A stretch of 61,435 nt of DNA, filler included, from Hausera hauseri (Eukaryota), in assembly GCA_046269625.1 (NCBI GenBank). It is 9 parts of 9 records of this genome, joined end to end, with 100 filler letters (N's around TTAATTAATTAA, not from the genome) between each part and the next. Parts side by side here need not be neighbours in the genome. Positions count along the whole stretch, not along the records: positions 5,122 to 14,626 come from JBJURY010353264.1; positions 14,727 to 24,704 come from JBJURY010261065.1; positions 24,805 to 30,162 come from JBJURY010271952.1; 6 more parts are not named here. One strand, given 5' to 3'. Below the pieces are notes generated by a model that saw nothing but the letters and a program-made list of their open reading frames with translations, was not told where the DNA came from and did no database searches. Shown piece by piece: positions 14,290 through 28,285 of this stretch (positions are counted from its first letter, which is position 1; each line of letters opens with the position of its first letter). The position numbers and the translations under genes are program-made.

Positions 14290-14626
14290 GTCTCTTAATA
14301 CACTTTCAAGAATTTTCCGAAAGGAGTTATGATTGTTGTCAAAATTTTACACGAAAATCCAGTTAAGGTAAATATTTCGTAGCCGTTAATAACGGGCTGA
14401 ATTACTGCTTTGATTAGTTGTATCAAGAAATAGGTGGCTAGGAATACAGATGCTGCTTGTCAGAAAATTAAAAATCTTCCCCAGATTTTGTACAATACTT
14501 CCGTGGTAACTCTTTGATAATGATTAGCTACGAGTAAGGATTCCAATTTTGCTTGATAGCGAGTATCGTCTATTACTGTTGACATAGCTGTATTCAATTC
14601 ATGTGTATGCTGACGAGGAAAAGCTA
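14290..14626 (-). pseudogene. C-terminal membrane-proximal/TM region of a chuvirus-type envelope glycoprotein (truncated by contig end)
   Basis: AFPRQHTHELNTAMST...KIWGRFLIF*QAASVFLATYFLIQLIKAVIQPVINGYEIFTLTGFSCKIL resembles the recalled consensus FP...LNT...W..F..FG..sa.....i..liK..i...i.GY.l....G.S..ll of chuvirus-like G in retroelements; absent from the ORF track because of an internal stop. Confidence 0.6.
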
Positions 14627-14726
14627 NNNNNNNNNNNNNNNNNNNNNNNNNNNNNNNNNNNNNNNNNNNNTTAATTAATTAANNNNNNNNNNNNNNNNNN
14701 NNNNNNNNNNNNNNNNNNNNNNNNNN

Positions 14727-15690
<964 letters not shown>

Positions 15691-17814
15691 TTTCGATAAT
15701 TTACTCAGTAAATTGCTATCACATCTCTGTATGATATCCAATATTGGAATAATAATATTGGAAGAGTTCTTTTGGTAATGATGTGACAAATTCGCAGCAA
15801 CAATCATGAAGAAATTCTTGGTTATTTAAATTGAGACTCTTGTTTGAATGACTGACGTCCTTGTAAATGTCCTTGTAAACATGAACAACCAATTCCTGCA
15901 TGTTTTTACGACCATCTGACACCAATGAGGTTTTCTTGTTAAACCAGGGATTTTAAATAATTCCATCAAAAAGCACTATGAACACATAACAACAAGAATT
16001 GATTTATTTAATTATTTTTTTTATCAATTTCTTTAATTTTTTATTTACAAGGAATTTATTAATACAGCTTTACATAGCATAAACCCAAAAATAAATACTA
16101 TCAAAAGCAAGATGAGGATTTCAATATCGAGTGATATCACTGTTAGAAATTCTAGAATTATTTTCATTTTATTAATTATGTACAGTCATTTAAAAATCGA
16201 TCGACCAAGATCCTGATCACAAACAATTCTCGAAACACACCTTGTAGTAGATTTAATTGTAGAATCTTTAATGATATAATTTCGCTCCGTGATAAACTTT
16301 TCGTCTTCCAAATCTCCGAGTACAGTATCGTGGACCGCTAAAATCATATTTCAGGAATTTACTGTTTTACACATGACATTACTGTCAATCAGCATAGATA
16401 TAACGGCAGCTCGAACGTTAGCAAGAAAGATACGTATCCTAACCAATTAATAGTCATGAATAACTTGTATCAGAGTTTTAACACTAACAGAGTCAATAAA
16501 ACCACACGTTGAAAAATCAATGATTATATGTTTATATGATTTCCAGTTTGATATGATTATATGAGACTGCTAGAAGCGCGATCACGCTGAGAATACATTC
16601 TGTCCTCGTCAGTATTTTCCACGCTTGGCTTTAGTGATTGACAGTATAATTGGTTTTATCATCATTATGTACCAAATCGTCGGCGATTACGAAAACGAAT
16701 AACAAAATAGAAAACAATAACAGTGTATTTACATGTAAAATTCAAAGAAGCACGACCTCGTATATACCGCTGATGTTTTATCAGAATTATTAAAGAGCTC
16801 CTAATATGTCTGCAAACAGTATGGAATGGTATGTGCTGTAAACATTTGATAAGTGCTGGTCCTGTTCTTGGACAATTGATCGATCCATTCCTTTCATTAT
16901 CACAATTACGTTAACTATAGAAAAGGAAATTGAATTACAATTAAGAATTTTTATAACTCTAATGAAATTAATGTCAAATATGGAAGAATCTTTCAATTCC
17001 GAGGCACATTTCAAAAGTGATAGCATTGGAAATTTATCTAACTTTGCAATTTTACCAAATTTACCTTGGCAAGCCGGAAGAACAGCCGAAGATTTACGTG
17101 GTATTGCAGTAACATGCTTATGGAGTATTCTGGTTGAATACTGTAAATTGTCAAAAACTTTATTTCCGAAATCCGTTCGCTGATTTGTCATCATTTGTTT
17201 GGACGGTATCCAATCTGGTGGGATTTATAGACAATTCTATTCTATACTCGACGGTGAAACTGATACGATGGTGTGAGATTTGTTATTGTGTACCGTTCGT
17301 CTGGCAACCATTTTTTCTATTTCGCCTTTTATTAACGATTCCTATTTTTTGTTTTTCTCATATGTTTTTGTTCATAACGTCCACCGTTGACACACCATCG
17401 ACGCTTTTAAACATAGCCTTCAGTTGTGGTTGCCATTTCAGACCCATTTACTTCGATACTTCAAATACTTCAAAATGTTTACGGTTCCCCAATATTGACA
17501 ACTGTCCATTCACTTCGTGCAGGTTCGCTGACTTATCGTTCATTACCGAGGCCGTGTCCTTCACGTTGCAAATTAACATGCAAAGCGGTATAGCAATTGC
17601 TGAATACTTTGCTGCAACATTACAGCTCATCAGACTTGATTTAAAAGAATATGACGTAAAGACAGCAGGCCTTACGGCTATTCCTCACCTTATGAGAATA
17701 AGTATATGTATAACTAGATTTGACATTGTTCCGACCCCTAAACGTGATAGAAGTTATACCGATTCGTTGTCAATGATTCTCCACAGTACGCATAACGAAG
17801 CTGTTGAGTTCTGA

Positions 17815-20800
17815 GTACATCACAGCGTGACCGACTGCTCAACCGGTTTTCCAGTGTCTGTCGGTGCTACGCTACGGTCCGTTGCGTCACCACTAGGGCC
17901 AACACCAACTCTTTCCTTTTTATTCTTCCTAAATAATCGTCATTTTCTCACACTCGATACAAGGTATTTTATAGACACACATTACTTGCACAATTATATG
18001 CTACACTTTGCTAATTTTCCTGATTTTTACCTCATTTACAACAACTTACCTGTAATTAATGTCAATTTTCGCAACCTTTTTGTTCCTTCTTCCCGTTATG
18101 TCATTATTCACGTAGACATTCGCTTTCGTGGTGGCATGGAATCTTCGACCACCATTAATACTACTAACAAAACTACCTCTAAACCATCACCTTTCACTTT
18201 TTACCAAAAATCAACGACCGTCACCACGCCATCTACTTTCACCATTTATACACCTTCCATCCCGCCATCCAAACACACTTCTCCGTGTACAGAATACTTT
18301 ATGTCCACGAAAAGTCCAGCAAAACCTGGCTTAACTTTTACAAACTTTGGCTGCAGTCTAACAATAATAATGATTTATCTGCCAAAGCTCATAGTTTACT
18401 TTGCCTCTTACCGAACTCAGTAAAGAATTCTCTTCACGATATTTTAGACATATTTTAACAATCCGACCCTTACACCCATCTCTATAACGCAGTTTTAAAA
18501 CTCACGGAACCGTCTATGGAATCTATAATCCATAGATTCTCTCGATCAACTGCAAACACTCGGCGTTAACAAACAAAATAATTCCCATCTCTTACGACGT
18601 TACTTTCTAAACGCATTACCGATCCAAATCAGAGGCCTGCTTTCCGTCGTCGAGGAATTGACGGCGCTGGATAAGTTAGCCGAACTTGCGGACAAAACGT
18701 ATGAGATATAACATTTGAACACTCAACCTATTATTTCAGCAGCACTTACAGCAAACGACAACACAGAATATCAAATACAACAGTTACGAGCCGAAAATGG
18801 AGCCATACATAATACGACTAACAATATCAATGATAGATTAAATAAAATCTCTTTGTCTCAACGAAAGAGTTTCGCCTCCGATCGCACACGCTGTGTACCC
18901 AGAGGTCGGTCACCTTCTTCTGCACGACCGCTGATCTGTTTCTACCATGATAGGTTTGCTCATAAAGCATAAAAATGTCATCTTGGGTGCCGCTTTTACA
19001 CCAAAAGGTATCAGTTAACAACCCTATTTGCATCTACCACGCAAAATTTAAGAATGAGGCACATAAATGTATTCCTGGTTGTACCTTCAGAAGCAGCACA
19101 CAGCATACGAACGTCGGACATACTGTCTCGTCTTCTAACAGCCCCCCAAGTTCATCACTGCAAAAAAAGTAATTCTACCGCCAGAACTTACGGCGAGTCC
19201 TGGCGAAGATTATTCTTCAGTTTCTACCAGCCGAAAACTTTCTTTCGCCGCATTTACTGTAAAAGCAGTAACTACGTTACCAACATTCCGCCCCATAGAT
19301 TTCCTCGTCGATTCAGATGCAGCGATTTCCTTACTGCCGCTCACTTTTTCAATTCAAGACACTTTATCCAACTATGAACCTCTATTTACAGCTTCCGGAC
19401 AACATCTACATGTTTCCGGTACTTGTAGGCTTTCTTTTACCCTTCCGACATTTCCTTCAATGTCTCACTGCACGTTTAATGTTGTGAACGTCCAGACAGC
19501 CATTTTAGGATCCGACTTTCTTTCGCACTATAATCTCCTTGTCGATTGCAAACAACGTTGCTTAACAAGTGGTTGCAATAAGGAGCGATTCGATCACGTC
19601 GATACCATTTCAACTGTCGTACAGGTGAAGGCAAGTCGAAAACCGATATTAAAAACCTTTGAACAAACCTTTTTCTTACAATCATGGTACCTTGTTTTAT
19701 AAATTACTAAAGAACAATACTACTGACGATTGAGGTTTGCACGGCGATGAAAGTGATTCCGTTACCACTGCAATATCATTAGATAAAACTACCAGCTGCA
19801 ATACCACCTTTAATACTACCATCCTGCATTGAATACCACTTCATTTTAGATCACCAAATAACGTCCAAATTGCAACAGTTACCGATACAACCACCTCGCT
19901 CCCACCAAAATTTTCACAATTACCTGCAAGTCTGCAGCAGTTTATCAACTTATCCTCTTCTAGAATAATTAAAAAAGACAGGTCTTTTACTCCAGAAAAT
20001 ACCACTTTTCACCACATTGTGACACAACATCAAAGACTTATCCGCCAAAAAGTGTCCATTATCTCCTCGTCGTAGACATGCAGTTGAAGCCGAATTTTTA
20101 GAACTCGAACATTCCGGCATTGTACGTCGCTCCAAATCCCCATGGTCGTCACCATTACATGTCGTGCAAAAGAAAGACGTAACTTTTCGACTATGTGGCG
20201 ATTATCGTCAGTTGAACACTTTGACAATAATGGATGCATACCCGCTACCACTCATTAAGGATATCTTACACCTTCTTAACAACATCACAATTTATTCTAC
20301 CATCGATTTATTCAAAGCCTACCACCAAATTCCGGTGGCACCTGAGGATATCGAAAAAACACGTCACTAGTCCTTTTGGCCTTTACGAATATCTGTACAT
20401 GACTTTTGGCTCACACAGACCTTCCAACGCCACATCAATGCTATACTTTCTGACTTTCCATATGCTCATACCTATATTGATGACATATTAGTTGTTTCGT
20501 CTTCGACTCAACAACACGAGGAACATCTCAGATCAATTTTTCAACGTTTACACCAGTATAACCTGCAAATTAATTTCGCCAAATGTCACTTTCTCCAGAA
20601 GCGTAAACTTCCTTGGTCACATTATTTCTTCCGAAGGCCACTCGCCTCAGTTCGATCGAGTTGAAGTGCTAAAAAGAGCGCTGCTGCCTTGAACAACAAC
20701 AGAAATGAGGAGCTTTTTGGGCACTTTGCACTTCGTTTACAAGTATGTGCCGTACTGCTCCGAACTTACCGCAACATTTGCCCACTTAAGCGGCAGCAAA

Positions 20801-22784
20801 AGACTTTAGACAATCCAGTGGACACCCGAACTGGTTAACAGGTTTGATAAGCTACGCGAAGGAATTAAGATCGTCGACATTCTCGCTTTCCACAAAGCAG
20901 AAAATCAACCGCTCGAAATTTTCTCTTGTAAGCTAACATCTCCTGAAACTAGATATTCAACGTTCGATTGAGAATTATTGGCCATCGTTCTCAATTTAAA
21001 GCATTTCTCCCACCTACTTGTCGCTCGCCATTTTACTTTACAGACAGATCACAAGCCCTTTCTAAACATCATGGCTATGAAACATCCTTCCTCACGCCAA
21101 GAACGACAGATATAATATCTGTCGACATTCAACTTCGACATAAAACATATTAACGGGCTTAAGAATTTGGTTGCCGATTTCTTATCTAGGACGGTTGGTT
21201 CGATTAATTTTTTACCAATCTTCACTCAAGTACAACTTCAACAGAACCAGCCACCTCAAGACATGCTTAATTTTTTTAAGTCCTGCACAATTGTCGACGA
21301 CGTGGCCTTAGACACTTCCAAACCAAGCCATTCCGTAATAATTCTCGCACCACCTTTACAACGGCAAGCATTTAACAGTGCACATTCGCTACACACCCTG
21401 GCGCTAAAGCCACCTTTCGTTTACTCCACCGACAAGTAGTTTGGCCGTCAATGCGTTCCGATGTGCAGGCTTGGGTTAAGGAGTATGTGGCCTGTTAGAA
21501 ATTCAAAACAACTAAACATTTAAAGCCGCCACTATTCCACTTTCCATTCACATCGCGTTTCGAATCCGTGCATATTGATATCGTCGGTCCTCTTCCTCTG
21601 GACAACGGTCATCAATTCATTCTCACTATGATGGACCGTTCCTCGCGATGGCCAGAAGCCATCCCTCTGCGAAGCACAAATACCGACACAGTAGCTGACG
21701 TTTTCATTCGTACATGGATTAGCAGGTTTGGATCACCTTGCTTCTTCATCACGGACCAGGGTCCACAGCTTGAATCCAATCTGTTCAAATCCCTTGTTAA
21801 CCGATTGTAGTTCCAGCACATACATACTATGCCTTATCACCCTCAATCGAATGGCATTTGAGAACGTTTCCACCGAACATTGAAAACGTCACTAAAAATC
21901 CTTGCAGAGTCCAAAACTGGTTGGACGAATGTTCTTCCACTTGTTCTGCTAGGCTGACGGAACACTCCGTCTACTTCTATAGGATGCTCACCACTGAAGC
22001 CTTATTCGGAACTCCTGTACGGTCATTATTGGACCTTAGTGCCCTATACGACTCTCCTACAAATGAAACGATACGGGCAGCGCAAAATCACTTTTTTGCA
22101 ATAATTAAAGATTCGTTCTGCAAGTTACTTCAAGAAGACAAAACATATTTACCTGAAGACTTGTATTCGGCAAAATTCGTCTGGCTAAAAATTTAAACGC
22201 CGTGCGGTTTTGAACCACGGTATTTGGGATCTTACAAACTCCCCCAATTGCACTGCCACAATGCCATTATTTCTAAAGACGGTAAAGAACTAGCGGTGCA
22301 TATCAACGACGTCAAGCCCGCTTTTTTCGTACATGATACTCCCCAAATTGAATCTTCTAACCCTTTTCTGACTCCGCCATCTTTCTCCCTGTCAGTTCCT
22401 CCAACCCCTGCCTCCCTTTTCATTCCAAACCCTACACCTACTCCTTTACTAGAACCTACTCAAAAATTCCCTTCTACTAACCTCCACACTTTTCTTTTCT
22501 TTTCTACTACATTTTGTCCTCCATCCCCTTTATCGTCTCTGAACGATACCTCACCTTCAACGACGAAATCTGACATTGTTTACCTCAATCACCTCTGCAA
22601 CCAGATTCAAAGACAATAAATATTTGCAAATCCGTTACATTTAGTACCTACAGTAAGGAGATTAACACTGCAGGGATACAACGTCTTAATCATACAAAAA
22701 CCTCCTAAACAGCCTGCACTGTTTCAACACATTTTCAACTTTCTTACCCTGTAGTCTCTTCTTTGCTCCGGGAGCGGGAGATGA
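17815..22784 (+). mobile_element. Ty3/gypsy element, CsRN1/Kabuki-like family copy 1 (gag-PR-RT-RH-INT, decayed)
   Basis: Gag LRRYFLNALP...LDKLAELADK and CHCC knuckles; PR FLVDSDA...ILGSDFL; RT LCGDYRQLN, YIDDILV; INT HIDIVGPLP, ITDQGPQ, YHPQSNG; collinear with 57039-61381. Confidence 0.93.
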
Positions 22785-22800
22785 TGTTGTGTCCAACAAG
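22768..22800 (+). other. Polypurine tract and probable start of 3' LTR (TGTTGTG at ~22785)
   Basis: GGGAGCGGGAGATGA-TGTTGTGTCCAA after the integrase; matching G-run + GACGTTGTGCCCAA at 61366-61394 in the sister copy. Confidence 0.65.
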
Positions 22801-23648
22801 GACCTGTAAATACACGATTATTGTTTTCTCATTTGTTGTTATTTGTTTCCTAATCGCCGACGAATTGATACGCTTTCGTCGTTTTATCTCATCGCACCAG
22901 AATATAGATGTGTACCGTGGTCTCAATTTTATTATATATTTCTCTCTTTGCACGGCCGTCTGTGCTCAGAAAATTAACATGACGTCTTTGGCGGATTTAT
23001 TTGTAACTCTTATTTATTCGTAGAGAAAGGTTTCTGTAAAGGCATGTGTGTCACTATTATTGGCTACATTTTTATTTCGTTATTGCATATAATGAGCAAA
23101 ATGCGGACTTATTCATTTGGCTTTCCTCAATGACATTGTTGCGTATGTGAACCTTTTCTACTGTGCTTATAACACGAAAAGAAATTGTTTCATTAAAAAG
23201 TGCCATCCGCATCTTCACAAACGTTTAATAGACTGTAAAGATGACCAGAAGCAGAACATTATTCAATCTTATATTGAGAATCTTATAAATGAAAATTTTG
23301 AGATCTCTGAAACAGTCTGACTAAGCCAGTGATTGTGGGGAAATAATATATGTACCCGAAGTAAACAGTAACTTTGAAACCGGTGGAGAAAGAGACTATA
23401 AAAACTTTTGCATGATTTTCAATGCAGCAGTTTGAATACAGAAGAGGTCATTTTACCAACAACCGAAGAAAGTTGTACATTTAAAGACATTTATAATCTC
23501 AACAAAGCATTGACTACCGATGAAATATAAAGATGTTTGTAAATATTGATTTTGTGAACTTAAAAAATTATATCATATATTTGCTATTCATTTTTGCTTT
23601 TAAATGAAGGAATCAAGTAAAATTACTGATTTAACACAAAAACTACAA

Positions 23649-23665
23649 TGGTGTCAGAAGTGGGA
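23649..23665 (+). other. tRNA-Leu primer-binding site immediately after ...CA (probable 5' LTR end)
   Basis: ACA-A-TGGTGTCAGAAGTGGGA is complementary to the tRNA-Leu 3' end UCCCACUUCUGACACCA, the usual PBS of Mag-type gypsy elements. Confidence 0.8.
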
Positions 23666-25283
23666 GTTACTCCTACTTACATAGGAGTAAGTATATATAC
23701 TCCTACTAGAATACCTCCTATTAGTATATTATGTATATAATAACTAAATCGAATGCTGTATTGGATTTTTACGAGTGGATCAATTAATTTTTCCGCACCT
23801 GTAGCTTACATTTTAATGATAAATGTACGTCTAGTCAAAGTTTAATGTACGAGCCAAAATTAAATGACAAAATATTGCTTCAAAGATAACAAATTAATAA
23901 CAAGTTAGTTAAAAGCAAACTGATTTGATTGAAACCATTGCATGTGATGTCAAGTGTGCTCATTGTCTTGAATAAATAACCACGGTGAATCCGTGAAGCA
24001 TCATCATATTCACCTCATACTTTACCGCTGATTCTGATTGTTCAATAAAACGACAGGGTTCAGGTGACGCATCAAGCTGATTTTTGATATACTGGACATT
24101 GAAAGTGCTGGTTCAGAGGATAATTCATCAGACAAAGCTAAAGTCTTCCATCAATCAGGAGAGGTATACGAATGTACAAATCAGGTTTCATTGTGTCTGT
24201 GCTTACATGTATAGTGACATCAGTGGTGTTCTAGATTTACCGCTACAGCAATTGCATTTCGGTTACACTAGGAATCCAAAATTATCAGGTGCCTTATAGA
24301 TGTATTGCGATTTGATTCCCGCCCAAATTAACCAACCATTTTAATGATACACTTCCTCTATCATTTACCACATTACAAACAATAAAAACTCGTTCAATTT
24401 GTTTATTAAATTTGTCAGTATATCCCTTAATCTATAGTTCAACAAACAACATATTGAAATAAAATTGTGTGCATTTCAGCAACTAATTAAAGCATTTCGC
24501 TGAAATTAATTTTATTTCGGGAAAATTGGTACAACCTTTCATACTATAATTAAATTTACATTAAAAGTTACATATTTTACAGAAAACAGAATTCACCAAA
24601 TTTCTTAGTCTACGTGAAAAAACTCATTTTAGAAGTATATATTACATTGCCTAAAAGTTTGATTGCCGCTAAAAGAAACACTTAGATAAAACCTGTCTAC
24701 ACCANNNNNNNNNNNNNNNNNNNNNNNNNNNNNNNNNNNNNNNNNNNNTTAATTAATTAANNNNNNNNNNNNNNNNNNNNNNNNNNNNNNNNNNNNNNNN
24801 NNNNGAGAAGGTCATGACAAACATACACGCATTTTCTCTTCGACTTTGAGTAGCCTCTCGCATTTTTGTAACATTAACGTAGAACTGTCTATCCCACCCA
24901 AGCATCTAGTTGAAAAGAGTATTAAATATTAAGCGACATTTCTGGGTATTCGTAATACGCTAGCATCCAAAACTGGAAAAGTGATGCTTCTCTACGTTTC
25001 TGTTGAAGTTTTCAATCTGACTGAGGCTCTTCGTTTTACAGAAAGAGGTCAATTTTTTTGTTATTGTGAGGACACCTCCAGTCATACTCAGCGACATTTG
25101 TGAAGGTAGCACTGCTGCATGCTGTTTCGCAAGAGCTTTGTGGTGTTTTAAAACAAGTCCTCTCAAAATACACGAGCAAAATGGTGTTAAACTGCACGCC
25201 AAAAACAAGTGACTGCCGAAGGCAAACTATGCGAGGACATTAAAAACAGTTTATATGTCCTAAATAACAGAGGAATTGTTAAT

Positions 25284-25638
25284 GATTGATTGATTGATGG
25301 TCTTCCATCACCGCACGTTGGGTGAGCCCCGATAAGGGTTGTAGTCCTTAGGACTATGGAGTAGTGGCACTGAGCTTTCCTGTTGTAACGGTGATGTCTA
25401 GGAGGCTGGACCGAGGTCCTCAAGGCTTCCGTGCAATGCTTGGCCTGTTAGAAACGAACCACCTCACAACTGGGGACCATGTCCAACTTCCGCCAGTTAG
25501 CCAGCAGTTTTCCCTACCGTAGCCCGGGACGACGACAGGGACGTCTGGCAAAGGATCTTGGCCGACTATGGTTCGTCTGCCCTGGCACTGAGTATCAGGG
25601 TCGGCTATGGGTCGCCGTCCACAGAGCACCTCCGTCCC
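25284..25638 (-). mobile_element. Complete non-autonomous non-LTR retroelement (SIDE/SINE-like, probably RTE-derived) with 5' HDV-like ribozyme and (AATC)n tail
   Basis: GC-rich island; flanking direct repeats AGGAATTGTTAAT (25271-25283) and AGAAATTGTCAAT (25639-25651), 11/13 identical; AATCAATCAATC 3' tail. Confidence 0.85.
25492..25638 (-). ncRNA. HDV-like self-cleaving ribozyme with long J1/2 insertion
   Basis: Minus strand: P1 GGGACG(25638-33)/CGUCCC(25531-26); P2 GCCAG(25549-45)/CUGGC(25496-92); P3 ACG/CGU; L3 UCCCUGU; P1.1 CC/GG; P4 hairpin; J4/2 CUAA with catalytic C at 25500. Confidence 0.85.
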
Positions 25639-28285
25639 AGAAATTGTCAATAAAGCCATACACCCGGATGCAAAAAAGGACCATATTATTTATTGGGAGA
25701 AAAACAAAACCTCATTATTCATTTCAGTTTGAAATCAATTCACCGCCTCTTTGTTGCAACATCGCTATCTCTCTATACATCGCAAGGAAACAACAAAGAC
25801 CGTCTGGCAAGTATTTAAAGAAAAGTCTCATTGATTATAGCTGAATCGTAAAAATCTAAACCTATGATTTTACAATGATATTGATATCAAAATAATAATG
25901 TACCCAATGTGAGAACGGAACAAATTTAACAATAAACATAAGGCAGTAAACTACTCTTATAAGTTCTCTCAGTGATTTCCTCTATTTCTTCTCTTTTTAA
26001 TTCGTCCTTTATTGCCATCAGTGTATAAGTCAAACAAACAGTTGATTACAAATGCATTAGATGTTCTTTCATCTACCAGTTCTCCTCCGAAATTTTGAAA
26101 TAATCCGATACATTTTTCGCCCACTTCTTTAGCTTTTTCTTGAGTTACATATTTACCACATAATGGAGACGTTTGTTGCAATAAAGCAAGTGTATTATTA
26201 GTAGATATTTTTGGGATTTCTTTTCCGAAATAATGAATAAGGAAATTTCGTTCCTGCATACCGCCAATAAACAAAGGTTCGTATCTTGACAAATGGTTTG
26301 AGCATTTCAATATGGTCCACTGTTCCTCATTATCATTATCATCATAATCAACCGGTTAAGTGTACTTAATTTCCAATTAACAGTATGAATATAATGGATC
26401 AGTTCTATCGGAGTAAATGTTTGAGTAAATAACAACCTCAGCTCACATATTTCCCTCAAATCTTTTGCTAATTTATCATAATTTACGCAGTTGCATATTG
26501 ATTGATATTCATAAGGAAACTCCAAGGGTGATTTTTTTACATACTCGAATTGTTTTTGTATCAATGTATTAGTGAGTGTATAATCAGATATTATTTCCAT
26601 AACATCCGAAGCGACTTGATTTGGCGTATTGTCCATTTCTTCATCAACAGTATATGTTCCATCTTCTTCCTCATCATCGAGTGTGTCATTCAAGGAATTT
26701 GGGACTTTTATTAGTTTTTTTGCGTTTAGAGAAACGTTCGTTAGATTTGTCATCGTCGTTGCCAAAGAATTTACTCATTATCAACAACGAAAGTACCCAT
26801 AATAATAATGTTGAGGTCCATGAAGAATTAGGGTGATGAGATTTAGTCTTGACTGCTTCTGTTACAATGATCATGGAGAGAAAACATATTCCAATAAGGG
26901 ATAACGTTCCCAGTGAAAATGTGGAGTAACCCTTGATACCTGATGATTCGCGCTTTTTATCCTTTTCTTGAAGGTCTTGAATATGCATTGCTCTCGTTTC
27001 ATTAGCTATGTCGTCCATATATTTAATGCTATTTCCCGCAAATTGTAATCAATCTATCTTCATCCACTGTTCAGGAGGGAGATTACTATCTAAAGGCTGT
27101 CCCATTCTTCTGTTCCAGACTCGTTTAACCTCTTCTACCTCATTAATGAGTTCTCGACCTCCTTTGTTCATATTATGATGTTTAAAGATTTTTATTGCTC
27201 GACTAGCGGCTACATAATAGTGATGTTTTGATTTTCCTGGACTAGCTAAATCAGGAATCGTATAATATACTTCTTCGCAACTTATCTTCAAGAAAAATTT
27301 GTCCAGAGCGGTTAGTGTATTAAAATCTAATTTTAGGTACTCGCATATTAATTTTTTTATGGGTCTATACTGTTCATCCGTTATTCCGCACTTCTCGTGG
27401 TATTTACTACGGAAATCTCTTAATTCCGTTATACTGTTTATAGGTCTTTTGACTAATTGTTGTGCATGATTTATGCGTTCTGGTGTGGCTAACACAAAAT
27501 TCTCTAGCCGGTGTCGATTAGCGGCTTCTCTAGTTAACGGAAGTGGTGGTAGATTCCCCCTTTTCGTTGAGGCAATTCAAAATAATTTTGTTCAATTGGT
27601 TTAACTTCTTTACATTGCGCCTGCTTAGTAAGGTCTATTTTTCTTAGCTTCATATCGTTATACACTGGGAATTTGGGGCTCTCTTCCGGTTGATGTTTTT
27701 CAATTTCCTCTCTCAGTCGTTTAATATTTTCTTCAGCTTCTTCCAGCTTCTTACCTAAGACGATATAAATCACGGACGGCTGCATCTCGCTTGTGGTCTG
27801 CATTTCCATTAAGTCAGGATATATTGAAGTTGTTGATATAGGTCTTGATAGGTCTTGAAGCGAATTTCGTGGTAGTTTCTGTGGGACTCTTGCTATACTA
27901 TTTATCGAACAAGTGTCCATGTCGGTTATCAAAGGCAAGAGTACTTGTTTTCTTGCTTGATCATTCAGGGAGAAATTATTGGTTTCTTTATCATCAACTA
28001 TCATACGGCTGTTAAACATATAGTATGCTAATATCAACAGTAACATGACCGTACTGCTCCACGCATTTGTAGCAGTAGTCGTGCGCGTTGGTTGAGCATT
28101 TGCACATCCGAATAATATAAGCAGTATTAGCGTCAACAGGGTTATTGTAAACAATTTAAAGGGACTACCGAAAATTGTAGGTGGGGTATTAATTGCAGGT
28201 ATTTCCATTATTCGCGTTTGCGTTATTTTCCGTGCTAGTGTAGATTCCGTACTTTGTTCACTGATTTGCTATAATGTAGCATAAT

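Larger units (their letters stand above)
6063..14626 (-). mobile_element. Large decayed Ty3/gypsy LTR retrotransposon fragment: glycoprotein C-term - PTAP linker - PR - RT - RNaseH - INT - SP/TM protein - DEDDh-like - RING
   Basis: Co-oriented minus-strand reading frames with gypsy domain order PR-RT-RH-INT plus extra domains on both sides. Confidence 0.85.

Noticed and set aside
17134-18423. Long + strand ORFs 17134-17814 and 17827-18423 as genes
   Set aside because: No recognisable motifs; the second overlaps the low-complexity gypsy leader/gag start and the first looks like an incidental frame
25187-25844. Short ORFs over the GC-rich island as proteins
   Set aside because: Better explained as the non-coding ribozyme-bearing retroelement; the ORFs cross its TSD boundaries
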